63,281 bases of DNA, filler included, from Reclinomonas americana ATCC 50394 (GCA_048213135.1; 46 parts of 46 records of this genome joined end to end with filler, not necessarily neighbours in it), one strand, 5' to 3'. Shown: positions 49,603 to 62,016, counted from the whole stretch's first letter. Program-made: numbers and translations. The notes: generated by a model not told the origin, from the sequence alone.

Positions 49603-49871
49603 NNNNNNNNNNNNNNNNNNNNNNNNNNNNNNNNNNNNNNNNNNNNTTAATTAATTAANNNNNNNNNNNNNNNNNNNNNNNNNNNNNNNNNNNNNNNNNN
49701 NNCTGCTTCTCTCTGTTAAACCCTATGCCTTGTGCTCTCAAGAGAGAGAGAGAGAGAGAGAGTGAGTGAGTGAGTGAGGAGGGAGAGAGAGAGGCTCAGA
49801 GTCGCACAGAGAGATCATGAGAAAGCATGACTGTCTCAGCTGCTTATCATCATCCTTGCATGTGCACATAG

Positions 49872-50588
49872 GCGGAGTACTCGGACGCACTCACTCGTCC
49901 TTGCCTGGTGCTGGATTTGAAGCACGGAGTGGTGCTGGAGCTCAGTCACGATAAGCGACCACTGGTGACTCACTCACTCACTTGTACACTCCCCTTGCCC
50001 CCACACACTCACGCACTCACCCCCCCCCCCAGTCTGCCACCCACGGCTACCGTTCGCTCTCCGCCGACGAGATCACCGCGCTGTATGGAGACGAATTGCT
50101 GCCGCCCTCCACGCCACCGCCCAGTCCAGTGGTGGCCAGCGTGCATCCTCCGCACCTGCCCGACCCGAACCAGCGTCTGTGCGACTGGGATCCGACGGGA
50201 CCGGAACCGCTGTTTATGCCACCGGCGGCCATGCCGGCGGCGCCGCACACGGCCACCGATCGCCCGCACGAGACCGACACGTTGAATCGCTTCCAGACGT
50301 CGTGGGCGTACTTTGACTCGCCGGCGACGGCGGTGTTTGCCGAGTTGGTGCATCGCACGCCGGTGGAGCAGCGGTGTGAGCGGCTGTATCGCGAGTTGAT
50401 TGTGGTGTTGCGGCGGGCGGTGTTCAAGCTGTACGGCAACTACACGCACAGCAAGTACTTTAGTGCGCTGATTGAGCGCACGGAGGAGTATGTGTATCGG
50501 GCGACGGCGGAGCGGCGGTTGCTGGAGCAGCTGAGGGAGCGTGGTGTGCGGTTGTTCCTCCTCACCAATTCGATCATGCCGTACACGG
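49872..50588 (+). CDS. HAD-family 5'-nucleotidase (NT5DC/cN-II-like) fragment
   Basis: LVLDLKHGVVLEL|..ATHGYRSLSADEITALYG...YFDSP...LEQLRERGVRLFLLTNS. Confidence 0.85.
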
Positions 50589-50832
50589 GTAAGAAGAGGG
50601 AAAGGGGTGAAGGGGGAAGGGAGAGAGGGGGGAGAGAGAAAGGGGAAGAGAGGGAGAGAGAGAGCGTGTGTGTGTTTGTCTGTGCGTGTGTCTGTGTGTG
50701 TATGATCGTGTCGTGTTTTGTCGCTGTGCTTGTGCGTAATCGTGCGTGCTTGTTTGCCTGTGTGTGTTTCGTGTTTCATACGTCCCTGTGTGTAAGCGTT
50801 GCTGCGCTTGTTTGTTCGTGTGGAATCGTTTC

Positions 50833-50944
<112 letters not shown>

Positions 50945-51095
50945 GTTCGTTCGTGTGTGTTGTTGTGTGTGTAGTNNNNNNNNNNNNNNNNNNNNNNNNN
51001 NNNNNNNNNNNNNNNNNNNTTAATTAATTAANNNNNNNNNNNNNNNNNNNNNNNNNNNNNNNNNNNNNNNNNNNNAACACGCATCCTCACAAACC

Positions 51096-52347
51096 TTGGC
51101 CTCGATGAGACGGTTGCGCATGATGGTGCAGACGGCCTTCTGGTCGGCCACCTCCAGCTCCATAATGTCGAACTTCTTGTGCGCGTCAATAACCTTGGAA
51201 AAGAGGGCGGAGCACGCCTCCTCCAACGTCTTGCACCGACGAGCCTTGTCCAGCACACTGTTCGACATATTTTTAGTGCGTCACAAAAAATGTCATGGCC
51301 ACCACGTTGTCGTCAACACCGCAACTCTCGTCGCAGCGAAGCGGAATCCATGCGAGCAATCGTGCTCTCAATCTCCGCAATGTTGTCTTGCAGGCGCACC
51401 ATCTGCATGAGCATGAAATGCGGTTTAGTCGGCACCGAGAAGAGGAAGACACGACGAGCAAGACGATTCGGCACACCTTGTTCTGGATATTGACTGCATC
51501 ACGGCGGCGCGTTTTCATCGAGTCGCGCTCCTTGGTCAGCACCTTCATGGTCTGCTGCATGCCGCCAATTTGCGCCTGCACCTGCCGCGCTTGCTCCTCG
51601 AGCTCGTCCATCACTGCGCGTTTCTCGCTGGCCACACTTGCACAGCGCGCCACCAGCTCTCGATCGACACCGGCCTTGAGGAGCGACGCTGGTCGGATGT
51701 TGGTGGAGCGCACCGACAACCTGCGCGACAAATTTAGGCTCACGCGTGTGTGTGCGACTTGGGGGCGCAAGCGTGGAGACGCAACTCATGCGAGTACTTG
51801 GACCGCTTGGCCAGGTGTTGATACTTGTCGCTGATCACACAGGTGCCGCGCGTCTCCGCAAAGAGCCGCTCCACATTGGTGTTCTTCGCACCAATCAGCA
51901 CAGTGTCGACGTGGCACGCATCAATCATGTACTGCTTGACAGTCTCCGGTGCGTTGAAGCGCTCCGACAGCAGGTACTGAATGCCGTACTGGCGGTACTG
52001 TGAAGGCAGTGACAAATGAGAAAGCAATGCACAGAAACACTTTTTCTCGCCACAATCAAACCTGCGATGCTGGTGTGGGCGCAGGGGCACGAAGCTCGGG
52101 ATCACGATCGACCACCGTGACGGTGTCGATTCCTTCTGCGCGAATATAACCGAAAACCTTTTCACGATCGGCACGGGTGCACACCACCGACTGCACGTCA
52201 TCGGCGAGTGAGCGTGTCACACAGCAGCAAGCGTGGACGAAGGAGGCAGTCAGCGACGCAACAAAAAGGTCCCTGCGCGGGCAATGCGATTCGAGAATTG
52301 CGGCTGCTTCGTCATCAACAGGCTCCAGCTCGGCCGCCACAATAAAC
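51096..52347 (-). CDS. SMC5: Structural maintenance of chromosomes protein 5, hinge and coiled-coil fragment, multi-exon
   Basis: AAILESHCPRRDLF|SVVC...YGIQYLLSERFNAPETVKQYM...KRSKYSHE|LSVRSTNIRPASLL, then coiled coil. Confidence 0.75.
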
Positions 52348-52769
52348 NNNNNNNNNNNNNNNNNNNNNNNNNNNNNNNNNNNNNNNNNNNNTTAATTAAT
52401 TAANNNNNNNNNNNNNNNNNNNNNNNNNNNNNNNNNNNNNNNNNNNNTGTGTGTGTGTGTGTGCGGCCTGACACCTTCTCTTGTAGCGCAAGGCAACGGC
52501 GTTTACAGTGCCGGCGGGAGGAGGCAGTGGCAGTGGCGCGAGTGAGTCTGAGGTGGCGCGCGCGCGGGAACGAGGTGGCAGTCTCAAGTCGTCTTCAGCG
52601 GGCAGCAGTGGAGTGCCTGCGGGAGGTGTGTGTGTGGGGAGCGCACGCTCACATAATAAGTGAGGAGAGAGGGAGAGGGAGAGGGCGAGGGGGAGAGTTG
52701 TGAGTGACTGTATGTGTGTGAGAGAGAGACATGTATGTCAGTTGTCACTCATTGATCATCGACGTTAGG

Positions 52770-53107
52770 TGCACCGCCAGCACCGGCGAATGTGCTGTCA
52801 GAGATCTTGCCCAAAGCAGGCCTGGTGTACAGCAAGGTGCGTGGCGAGTGCGTGTGTGGTGTATGTGACGGCTATGTGACGCGGTTTGCTGTGCTGGCGC
52901 AGAAATCCAACTTGTCGGAGGTGTTGTGCAAGCCAAAGATCATGCCGTGCGTTCTTTTTGTTGTCTTCCGTGACCTGTCTGTCTCTCACTGTGCTCAACG
53001 CTGCATCGACGACCGGCAGGCTGAAGAGTATGACGTTGGAGAAGTTGGAGGAGCTGGAACGGCAGGCGCAAGCATTGCGAATGCAGCAGGATGATGGCGC
53101 GTATTGA
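52770..53107 (+). CDS. BBIP1: BBSome-interacting protein 1 (BBIP10/BBS18); start not resolved
   Basis: Spliced EILPKAGLVYSK|KSNLSEVLCKPKIMP|LKSMTLEKLEELERQAQ. Confidence 0.9.
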
Positions 53108-53221
53108 TTATGGAGATGGCGAAAGGAGATGTGGTGAACCGTTTTCTTCGGTGTGTATGTAGCATCGTGTTGTTGTTGGTTGTACTCTGCTTGCCTGCAA
53201 GGCAGCAGGGGCGCGGAGTCT

Positions 53222-53650
53222 TTAGTCACGCGCTTTGAACTCGATGGGAACACCGCTTTCCGCTGCAGCATGAAGAGAGTCAGCAGACGGCATGGATGGA
53301 GGACGCAGCACGGCGGAGGACTCACTGGAGAGCGTGAAATTCATCTTCATCTTGACCTCGCCACGCTCCAACGGCACCATGCGAGACAGCAGCATGATGA
53401 GGAAGACGCGCATCTCCAGCTCAGCAAAGCGGGCGCCGATGCAGTGACGCGGACCTGCATCGCAACGAGGTCAGTGTGGACTTCTTGAGAGGTGCACGGA
53501 GGGTCCTGTATGTACCCGCGCCAAATGTCAACTCGGTGTACATGGGGAGCTTCTTGCCGAGGAAGCGGTCGGGGCGGAACGACCACACATCCTCGCCGTA
53601 GAACTCTGGGTTGTGGTGGATGGTCCAGATGCCGATCATGATCAGGCACT
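53222..53650 (-). CDS. Cytochrome P450 C-terminus
   Basis: IHHNPEFY...FRPDRF (PERF motif) and haem motif FGAG|PRHCIG across an intron. Confidence 0.93.
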
Positions 53651-54669
53651 GTGACGCAGCGAGTAAGTCGCAGAGAGACGTGCAGGCGTGTGACGATCAG
53701 GGGAGGGGGGGGGGGNNNNNNNNNNNNNNNNNNNNNNNNNNNNNNNNNNNNNNNNNNNNTTAATTAATTAANNNNNNNNNNNNNNNNNNNNNNNNNNNNN
53801 NNNNNNNNNNNNNNNGAAACTCGACTCCGGCGCGGTCGGAAAATGAGGCCTTCTCCAGCTTCATGCGGCTGTTGGACTGGCGCTCCACAAACATCTTTGT
53901 GTGTGCGGATCTCTGTGTGTCAGAAATAGCAGCGTGGGAGGTGGGGAAAAGAGCAATCAATGTGCGCGTACCAGGTGACCGCCGTGCTTGCTGACGGCGA
54001 ACGCGAAATTCGGATTGGTGTCGGTCAACTGCATACCGACAGCAGCAAGTGCGCGCGGCAATGCGAGACCTTGGCATGGGTGAGCACTCTGGCACTGGCC
54101 ACGCGCATCGATCGGACTGTAAAGTCGCACAAAACGAGCGAGTGTGTGTGTGAGAGAGAAAGTGAAACAAGGCCGCACGCGACAATCACTGACACACATA
54201 CGCACTCAACACCAAGAGAGAGGAAAGCTGACGAAAACGACGGAAATCCAGAGATCAACTGCGCACGTGCCGTCAACGAGGAACACGGGAAAGTAGAACT
54301 GCAGGACAGATCGAAATTATAAACAAATGAGCGACAGGGGCAGAAGAGAGCATATGAAGTGAGCGCACACTGGATCACTCAGTCTCTGTTGCTCATTCCT
54401 TCCTTTCCCCTATCCTCACCGCCTGCACCTACTCCGTCGCATCACTCCACGCACACGCTGCCGGAAACGCGCACGAACGACGCACAATCACCGCAGCGTG
54501 CTCTGTGCACACACCGTCGGCGACAAGGCGACACCGAACCATCTGTCGTGAAAATCATGGCGCGAGAGAGTGTATGAGTGCACACATCATTCCCCACGTG
54601 TCTCATCAGTGCATCCGCCCGCTGTGTAGTGTCGTGATCGACGCAACGTACAGGCAATCCAACTTGCGA

Positions 54670-55084
54670 TCACGATTTCGCGTCCAGACCCAGCACAGCA
54701 TCACACATGGCAAGAAGATCGCGCGCTTTGTTGACACAATAGTCGCACAAGTCGCGCTCATCCTTGCACAGTGCGCGCTCTTGCAGACTGAGCACAGTCG
54801 ACTGGAACTCTTCCGCCCTGGCCTTCCTCCTGCGGAGTTCAGCGACAAGCGGGTCGTTGGCAGGAAGCTCCTCTCTCTCCCTGCAGCGGCTCTCGACTTG
54901 TTCCAAGACGCGCACAAATCTGTCGTGCGCCTCGGGCATCGTGACCTGCAGCAGCTCGTAATCAGCAGCGCTCAGACCAGCGACCAAGCCTGGCGCCGGC
55001 GCCACAGCTGGCGTTGATCCTGCGGCTGCAGTGGCCATGGGGGGCAGAGTAGCAGCAGACAAAGCTGGCGCTGCAGCTGGCGGC
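54670..55084 (-). CDS. Hypothetical helical protein C-terminus
   Basis: Open GC-rich frame ending at TGA 54670. Confidence 0.5.
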
Positions 55085-55184
55085 NNNNNNNNNNNNNNNN
55101 NNNNNNNNNNNNNNNNNNNNNNNNNNNNTTAATTAATTAANNNNNNNNNNNNNNNNNNNNNNNNNNNNNNNNNNNNNNNNNNNN

Positions 55185-56286
55185 GCCGGAGATCACACCA
55201 GTCACAGTTGTTGAACCGCTGACCCCGAGGTTGCCGCCAATTGTGGCAGCGCCGGTAATACCGAGAGAGGCCATGGTCGTCGCTCCAGCAATCTGCAGCG
55301 TCCCCGCAATAGTGACACTAGAGCCGAAACTAGTAGCGCCGCTGACGTCAAGAGTGGACGTTGCGTTGACGGGGCCGTTAAGGGTCGTGTTTGTGATGAC
55401 CTTGAATTGTTGAAGCATCGTCAGGTTCCCTTGCATCGTTACATCGCCCAACAGGATCACATGCTGAAACGAGTTGTCCGGATTGATTGTTAGAGTGGTA
55501 TTCGCAGCGTCGCGTGACATGGCCGAGTACGTGCGTCCGCCGAGGAAAAACGTTCTGCCCTCCACGGACAGGGTTCCAGACATGTCGACGTCGGTCGTTA
55601 ACCTCGAAGCTCCACTCGGCGGCACAAAGATCTTGTTCACGCCGTCCACTACAAGCTGTAGTGAATTCGACGAGTCGACTGCGAGTGAAAAAAGGCGATG
55701 GCAGGAACGTAAGGCGCAGAAGCAATGACACGATGTCAAACCCAATACAACTGCACGCAACGGTACATGCCAGTGGACGTCTTATTTTGGAACGAGAATC
55801 CACCCGCGCCAGCCACCGTCCCTGTCGCAGCTAATATGGCACCAGCGACGTCGAGTTTGGCCCCAGGTGACGCATGACCCACGGCCACCATTCCACTGGA
55901 AGCCACAACCAGCCGGTCCAAACCAATCACAACACCGTCACGATAGTCTTCCTCATAATTAATGTACAACTTGGACCGACTGGTGTAGCTGGTGCGGGGG
56001 GTGGCCGAGAAGCGTGTTGCCCTCCCTTCCGAGGTAGAAGCGGCAGACTGTTCAACTCCGTTGGTAAATAGCCTTCGGCGAACGCTGCCACCACGCAGCA
56101 TTTCACCACTAGAGGCGCGAGTGGCGCCGTCTGAGTTGCCGGGGAACAGAGACGACATCTTTGCCAGGTCTCTCTTCGACAAGTCCGCCTCGTCTCCGTC
56201 CTCTACAGACTGGGTGCTGACGTACCGGCTGACGACTTGCATTGCTCGCAGCAATCCATACCGACCTGAATAGCCAGCAGCGTCAC
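55185..56286 (-). CDS. Intron-containing protein with phage tail-fibre-type motifs (intron 55679-55761), open at the 3' end
   Basis: LYINYEEDYRDGVVI; SGMVAVGHASPGAKLDVAG; FSFQNKTSTGMY|LDSSNSLQLVVDG; LTINPDNSF; then LxVxG/GxxTx beta-repeats. Confidence 0.7.
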
Positions 56287-56317
56287 CTGCAGCACGTGCT
56301 GATGTGAGCGACCTACT

Positions 56318-56450
<133 letters not shown>

Positions 56451-56552
56451 NNNNNNNNNNNNNNNNNNNNNNNNNNNNNNNNNNNNNNNNNNNNTTAATT
56501 AATTAANNNNNNNNNNNNNNNNNNNNNNNNNNNNNNNNNNNNNNNNNNNNCT

Positions 56553-56630
<78 letters not shown>

Positions 56631-56667
56631 GCTCGGAAAATTCATCACCCATCTCTTCCCCCATCAC

Positions 56668-56988
56668 ATGTCCGGAGAGAGCGGCACGCAGCTCGTCGAG
56701 CGCTTCTTCGCCGCTCACGGCTTCAGCGGCGTGCAAGCCATCCTCAGCGCCTTGGCGCACGAGCGCGAACGTCGCGTGCACGCCGCGGCAGACAACACCG
56801 AACGCGAGCGCTACTTTGCCGCACAACGCGACGCCACTCCCTTTGACGCCGGTCCCGCTGTAGTCGCCGCCGAGCTGCCCAACGACGCGGCGTTCACAGA
56901 GGCGCGGAGGCATGTGGCCACGGTGCTCGAGAAGGACGCGCTGGCGAAGATCGAGGCCAGGCGGCAAGCAGCTGCAGCTAATCGCGAG
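56668..56988 (+). CDS. Hypothetical Ala/Glu/Arg-rich protein exon
   Basis: GC-rich open frame ending at a putative GAG|GTTCCT donor. Confidence 0.4.
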
Positions 56989-57758
56989 GTTCCTGTCTGC
57001 TATGGACCACCGGAAGTGATGCTCAGAGGGCGAGGAGGAGGAGGCGCGAGAAAGGGAGGCGATGCAGACTCCAAGAAGAAGTGCAATGTGTTGTAATAAA
57101 ACGCTGTATCTCGCTCCCTCACACACACAGAGAGACAGCGATAGAGAGAAAGGTGTCATTGACTTTTTCGTCGTCTTTTCCTTCACCTCGCTCTCTCACA
57201 CACACTTGCATGTTTACATGACCATGGCGCGTAAGCTTTCACATACGCTCCTTCTCCGCAGCCGTCCGCTCGGAAAATTCATCACCGTTGATATATATTT
57301 CACTGGCAGCTATCGGCATTCCGACAGACAGGGGCGGCGAGATGTCCCAACGCACGCGGAGATCAGCAGTACCTCACATGCATATGCGGCGCGAGCTGCT
57401 GGAAGTGCACGATAACCCCCGACGTCGACGTCGAGTCCTCCTCTGTTTTACACAACGAACCGTGCCTGCGCCGATGATGGGCGGTGGTTGGTGTGCTCTT
57501 GTGCGTCACCGCCACCTCTCTCTTTCTCTTGTGAAGAGCCGTTTCTCCACATCGGCAGGTGTGAAGAGAGTCATGTCCTGTACTTTTCACTCCTCATTCT
57601 TTCGACGTCATTCTTTCTCTCTCGCTCCCTTCATAGCGCCTCCGGAGCAACAGTTACACCGTAATTTCTCTGGTGAGTGTGTATGAGATCGCGGATGTGT
57701 GAGGAGTGGAAATTGACATTTGGTGACACTGGAGAACACACCCACCCACACACACACA

Positions 57759-57808
<50 letters not shown>

Positions 57809-57939
57809 CACACACACNNNNNNNNNNNNNNNNNNNNNNNNNNNNNNNNNNNNNNNNNNNNTTAATTAATTAANNNNNNNNNNNNNNNNNNNNNNNNNNN
57901 NNNNNNNNNNNNNNNNNCGGTGAGTCCTGCCCAAGGGCG

Positions 57940-58659
57940 CTAGAGATTAGCAACAGTTGCAAGAGTAGCAGCTCTCTGATCATGGCCTCTCACCTTGTGG
58001 CCGGGAAATGACATGGGCACAGGAGACAAGTACGCTGTCAGTGGCAACGATCCGTCGGCACTGCTCTCGGGAGATGCCGGCGTCAGTGGCGACCCACCGT
58101 CTCCACCGACAGTGGACTTGCGGTCGTCCTCGTCCGACGTCATGTCCATCAGTTGTCGCCGCACGCGCAGTCGACGCTGCAGCTCGGAAAACATGGATCC
58201 GCGAGCAATCACCGCACTCGGCGCCGGTGCTGAACCCGGACTGCGTGGTGGCGGTGGCAGCACCATCTTTGGCACCGATACAGGCGCTTCGTCTTGCTCC
58301 TGCTGCTGCGGTGGTTCCTGCTGGAGCGCTTGTGGCGGAGGGCGTGCAAGTGCTCGTTGTTCATCCTCCACCACCTCCATGACGCGCTGCTGCAGCGCAG
58401 GCACCGCCGCCTCTTCTCCTTCACCGTGTTTCTCTTCGCCGAGTCTCACGCTGAAAGAGGCCTCGACCGCGGCAAAGCGACAGCACACGCGTGTGGCCAC
58501 TCGCACAAAAGCGTAACCACGCAAGCCGCGCAACACGCGCCACACCCATTGCAACAGCGACTGCGCCGCACGTGCCAACCATCCACCGACGCGGTCCCTT
58601 GTCCACGCCATCACTTGTGCACTGCGTACAAGCAGCGGGTGCACCGGAGGCTCACTCAT
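57940..58659 (-). CDS. Hypothetical Pro/Gln-rich protein
   Basis: Open frame from ATG 58659; possible in-frame introns. Confidence 0.45.
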   Translation of the reverse strand: MSEPPVHPLLVRSAQVMAWTRDRVGGWLARAAQSLLQWVWRVLRGLRGYAFVRVATRVCCRFAAVEASFSVRLGEEKHGEGEEAAVPALQQRVMEVVEDEQRALARPPPQALQQEPPQQQEQDEAPVSVPKMVLPPPPRSPGSAPAPSAVIARGSMFSELQRRLRVRRQLMDMTSDEDDRKSTVGGDGGSPLTPASPESSADGSLPLTAYLSPVPMSFPGHKVRGHDQRAATLATVANL

Positions 58660-59080
58660 TCTCGGAGAAGACCTCTCTTTCTTCTCTCGCACAATACTAA
58701 AATTTCAGAAAACCAAAGGCGGCACGCGTCCGTGCGAGTTGTACGCCTCCGCGGTGGAAGGGTGCCGACAATTGCAACATGGCATGCAAGTGGATGAGCG
58801 GCGGGGACGCCCCTTTCCACACAGGCTTCCCAAGTTTATATTCAAAGTTTTCTTGCAGTGGTCAGACTTTTGCAATGCATCGAATCTAATTTTTTCTGCT
58901 GCTACGACGTGCACACACTCCCTTCTCCCCAAATCTGCTGCCGAGCAGAGGAGTGGGTTTTCTTCCTGTTTTCTGTGAAATTTCCGGGCAAGTGACCGTT
59001 GCACGACATTTTCGCGCGCATCTGTGCTTTCGTTGTTCGTGTGTGAGCGTGAAAAGCAAGCATCCTCTCTTCCATTTCTG

Positions 59081-59167
59081 ATGAAGTTCTCACTGGCTAT
59101 CGTTCTGGTCGTCGCCCTGCTGGCGGTGTTTGTCGCCGCTGACTTGGCACCTGAGCTGCGCGAGGCG
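59081..59167 (+). CDS. First exon of a secreted protein (signal peptide)
   Basis: MKFSLAIVLVVALLAVFVAA-DLAPELREA, then a GTGCGT donor. Confidence 0.6.
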
Positions 59168-60658
59168 GTGCGTGTGTGTGTGTGNNNNNNNNNNNNNNNN
59201 NNNNNNNNNNNNNNNNNNNNNNNNNNNNTTAATTAATTAANNNNNNNNNNNNNNNNNNNNNNNNNNNNNNNNNNNNNNNNNNNNGGCACGGCGCTCAATC
59301 TGCTCAAGCTGCAATGTGTGGAAACCCTCAACGATCTCATGCTGCAACGCGAGTCGGGCATTGTGGTGGAGCTGGCGGCGACGTGCTTGCATTACATGTG
59401 GTGAGTGATGGAGAAGGAGAGGGGTGAGGAGAGAGAAGAGCGGGACGCCCGGAAGAAAGGCAAATGTGGCAGCGAGCGAGTGAGCCTGCTTACACATGCG
59501 GTGATGTTACAACACTTTCTCTCTGTCTTTCACTTTCATTCTGTCTTTCTGTCCTTCATGCTTGCAGCATGTACATTGACTGCATTCCAATCATTGTTCC
59601 TCGCACGCTTTCGTCTCTCTCCGCCACGTGCATGAAAGAATTAGTCAGAGAACACGACCAGGTCGAATCCGAATTGAGTGAATGTGACGACGAACACCTT
59701 TATTCTCTCTCTCTCTCTCTCTCCCAATATCTTTTATGCTTGCCGATGTGTGCATCGGCAAGTGATTTCTGCTGCATTGCGCATTTCCGGCTTGCTTCTG
59801 TCTCTTCCGCAGAGTGTTGTCAAATGTGTACATGATTGCAGCCACTGGCTGTAAGAATGATAGAATGAGAGAGTGATCAATTCGCGGCCAATCCTTTGCT
59901 CTCTTGCTCCACCACCTTCATGCTTGACAATTGCATTATTTGTGATACAAGTAGCGTGTTTCTGGCGATTCTCTCTCTCCACCAACTTTGACTGGAACTG
60001 AGAACAGAAGCCTGCGTCAAGAAAGTATGAGTGAGGGACGAGATGCTACGACCCAATGTTCTCTCTGCCTCCTTCTTGCATGTTGCGATCTTTTCACTGA
60101 GTGTTACTGTGTGACTCTGCTACTGTATGTCCTGTATACGACTGCGGCTCGACTCCCTTCTCTTTCTCTTTGTGTGTCTCCTTCTCATGTATATGAACAG
60201 CTTCCCAAGTATTTGCGATACAGAAGCGTGTTTCTGGAACTCTTCTGTGTCTCTCTGCGCAGTGTAGGGGTTTTCCAAATCAACGAGAGATAAATGAATA
60301 AGCTTGTGAGTGAGTACGTGAGCGAATAAGTGTTACTACTCTATCTCTCTCTTTCTTGGTTGCAGTGTAGAATGTGCACATTGATACAAGCGTGTATCTT
60401 GTTTGAGTATACGGCCAGTTTAATGACAAATTGACAGGATGCATCTGTGTGCCTCTGTCAGTCTATTTCCCCTTGAAGAACTCTGCTTTGGGGCAGTCAG
60501 CGTGAATCATGAAGTGAGTATGTGCATGCTGACTCACCTTCCCCCTTCCCNNNNNNNNNNNNNNNNNNNNNNNNNNNNNNNNNNNNNNNNNNNNTTAATT
60601 AATTAANNNNNNNNNNNNNNNNNNNNNNNNNNNNNNNNNNNNNNNNNNNNCTCGGGTC

Positions 60659-61081
60659 ATGGCTCTTCCGAGCGGCCCGACAGCCCCCTCCTCCACCGCC
60701 GAGGCGGTGCTCTTCGAGCTGGTCGACGATTACGACCGCGCCTACGAGTCCGCTGCGGAACAGCTCTCGCTCACCGCCGCACAGGCCTGCGTGCTCGGCC
60801 GGTTGCACGAGCGCCGAGGGATGGGCTCGCTGGCCGAGGAACTCGGATGCGATGCCTCCAACATCACGCAGCTCGTGTCCCGACTCGAGGCAGTCGGGCT
60901 CGTGACACGCGAGCCAGATCCGTCCGACCGCCGAGCTCGTCTCGTCAAGCGCACGAGACGCGGTCACGCGGTCAACAGGCGGTTCGAGGAGGCGTTCGCC
61001 TTCGGGCGCACCGCCGTGAGCCGCTTGACGGATGCGGAGCAGCAGCAGCTCACCTTCCTCCTGAAGAAGGCCCTCGGGTGA
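60659..61081 (+). CDS. Bacterial MarR-family transcriptional regulator
   Basis: LTAAQACVL...MGSLAEELGCDASNITQLVSRLEAVGLVTREPDPSDRRAR. Confidence 0.93.
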   Translation: MALPSGPTAPSSTAEAVLFELVDDYDRAYESAAEQLSLTAAQACVLGRLHERRGMGSLAEELGCDASNITQLVSRLEAVGLVTREPDPSDRRARLVKRTRRGHAVNRRFEEAFAFGRTAVSRLTDAEQQQLTFLLKKALG

Positions 61082-61767
61082 GCGGGTCGCCGCACCGGCT
61101 GCCACCAGGGCAGCGTGCCGTCGTCGGATTTCCCCGGTTCGGCATCGACCTGCACGCGCCCCCACCGGTGACGGCATCCGAGATCTCCATCGTCGTCGGC
61201 GGCGACGTGGCCGAGGCGCTCGTCATCTCCGACGCTCTCCTGGGATCCTTGCCCCGCACGGCGGTCGACGCCGACCTCCACTGCGTCGCCGGCTGGTCGG
61301 CGACGGACCTGAGGTGGGAGGGGTGGCGCTTCGACGACGTACTGAACCGGCTCATCCTGCCTCAGACGCCCGAGGGCGAACGCATCGCCTTCCTCGTGTT
61401 CATCGGAGCGGACGGCTACCGCTCGATCGTGACCCGGGAGGATGCTGTCCGCGCGAACGTGCTCCTCGCCGACCGGCTCGACGGCGAACCGCTCACGCCG
61501 GAGCACGGCGCGCCGATCCGGCTGGTGAGCCCCGACCAGTACGGCTACATCAACACGAAGCACCTGACGCGCATCGAGCTGCATGTCGAGCAACCCGAGC
61601 CGATCTTCCATCCGCGACGCAGCGTGCAGCGCGCGCTCCGCGCAGTGCATCCGCACGACCGGGCTCGCGTCTGGCAGGAGGAGCGGCACCGGTATCTCCC
61701 CTCATGGCTCACGCGGCCGCTGTACCGGCTCGTCGTGCGGCTGCCTGCTCCGCGAGCCGATCACTAG
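61078..61767 (+). CDS. Bacterial molybdopterin-dependent oxidoreductase (sulfite oxidase/MsrP-like Mo-binding domain)
   Basis: GTG start overlapping the MarR TGA; LPPGQR, DLHCVAGWS, WEG, DGY, LDGEPL..EHGAPIRLVSP..YGY...KHL..IEL. Confidence 0.9.
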   Translation: MSGSPHRLPPGQRAVVGFPRFGIDLHAPPPVTASEISIVVGGDVAEALVISDALLGSLPRTAVDADLHCVAGWSATDLRWEGWRFDDVLNRLILPQTPEGERIAFLVFIGADGYRSIVTREDAVRANVLLADRLDGEPLTPEHGAPIRLVSPDQYGYINTKHLTRIELHVEQPEPIFHPRRSVQRALRAVHPHDRARVWQEERHRYLPSWLTRPLYRLVVRLPAPRADH

Positions 61768-62016
61768 GGGGCGGCGATCATGGCGATCGCGGACGGGAAG
61801 CGACCCGGGGAGGGGCTGCGGAAGTCCGGACTCAGATCGTGTCGTCGGCTGCGATCAGATCGATCTGCCAGAACCGGCCGTCCGGATCCTTCTCGTCGTG
61901 CGCCTCGTCCGCGGCGNNNNNNNNNNNNNNNNNNNNNNNNNNNNNNNNNNNNNNNNNNNNTTAATTAATTAANNNNNNNNNNNNNNNNNNNNNNNNNNNN
62001 NNNNNNNNNNNNNNNN

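Noticed and set aside
59285..60550. Lower-GC stretch as a mobile element or RNA gene (likewise 42838-44108)
   Set aside because: No terminal repeats, transposase motifs or recognisable RNA structure; most likely intronic or intergenic
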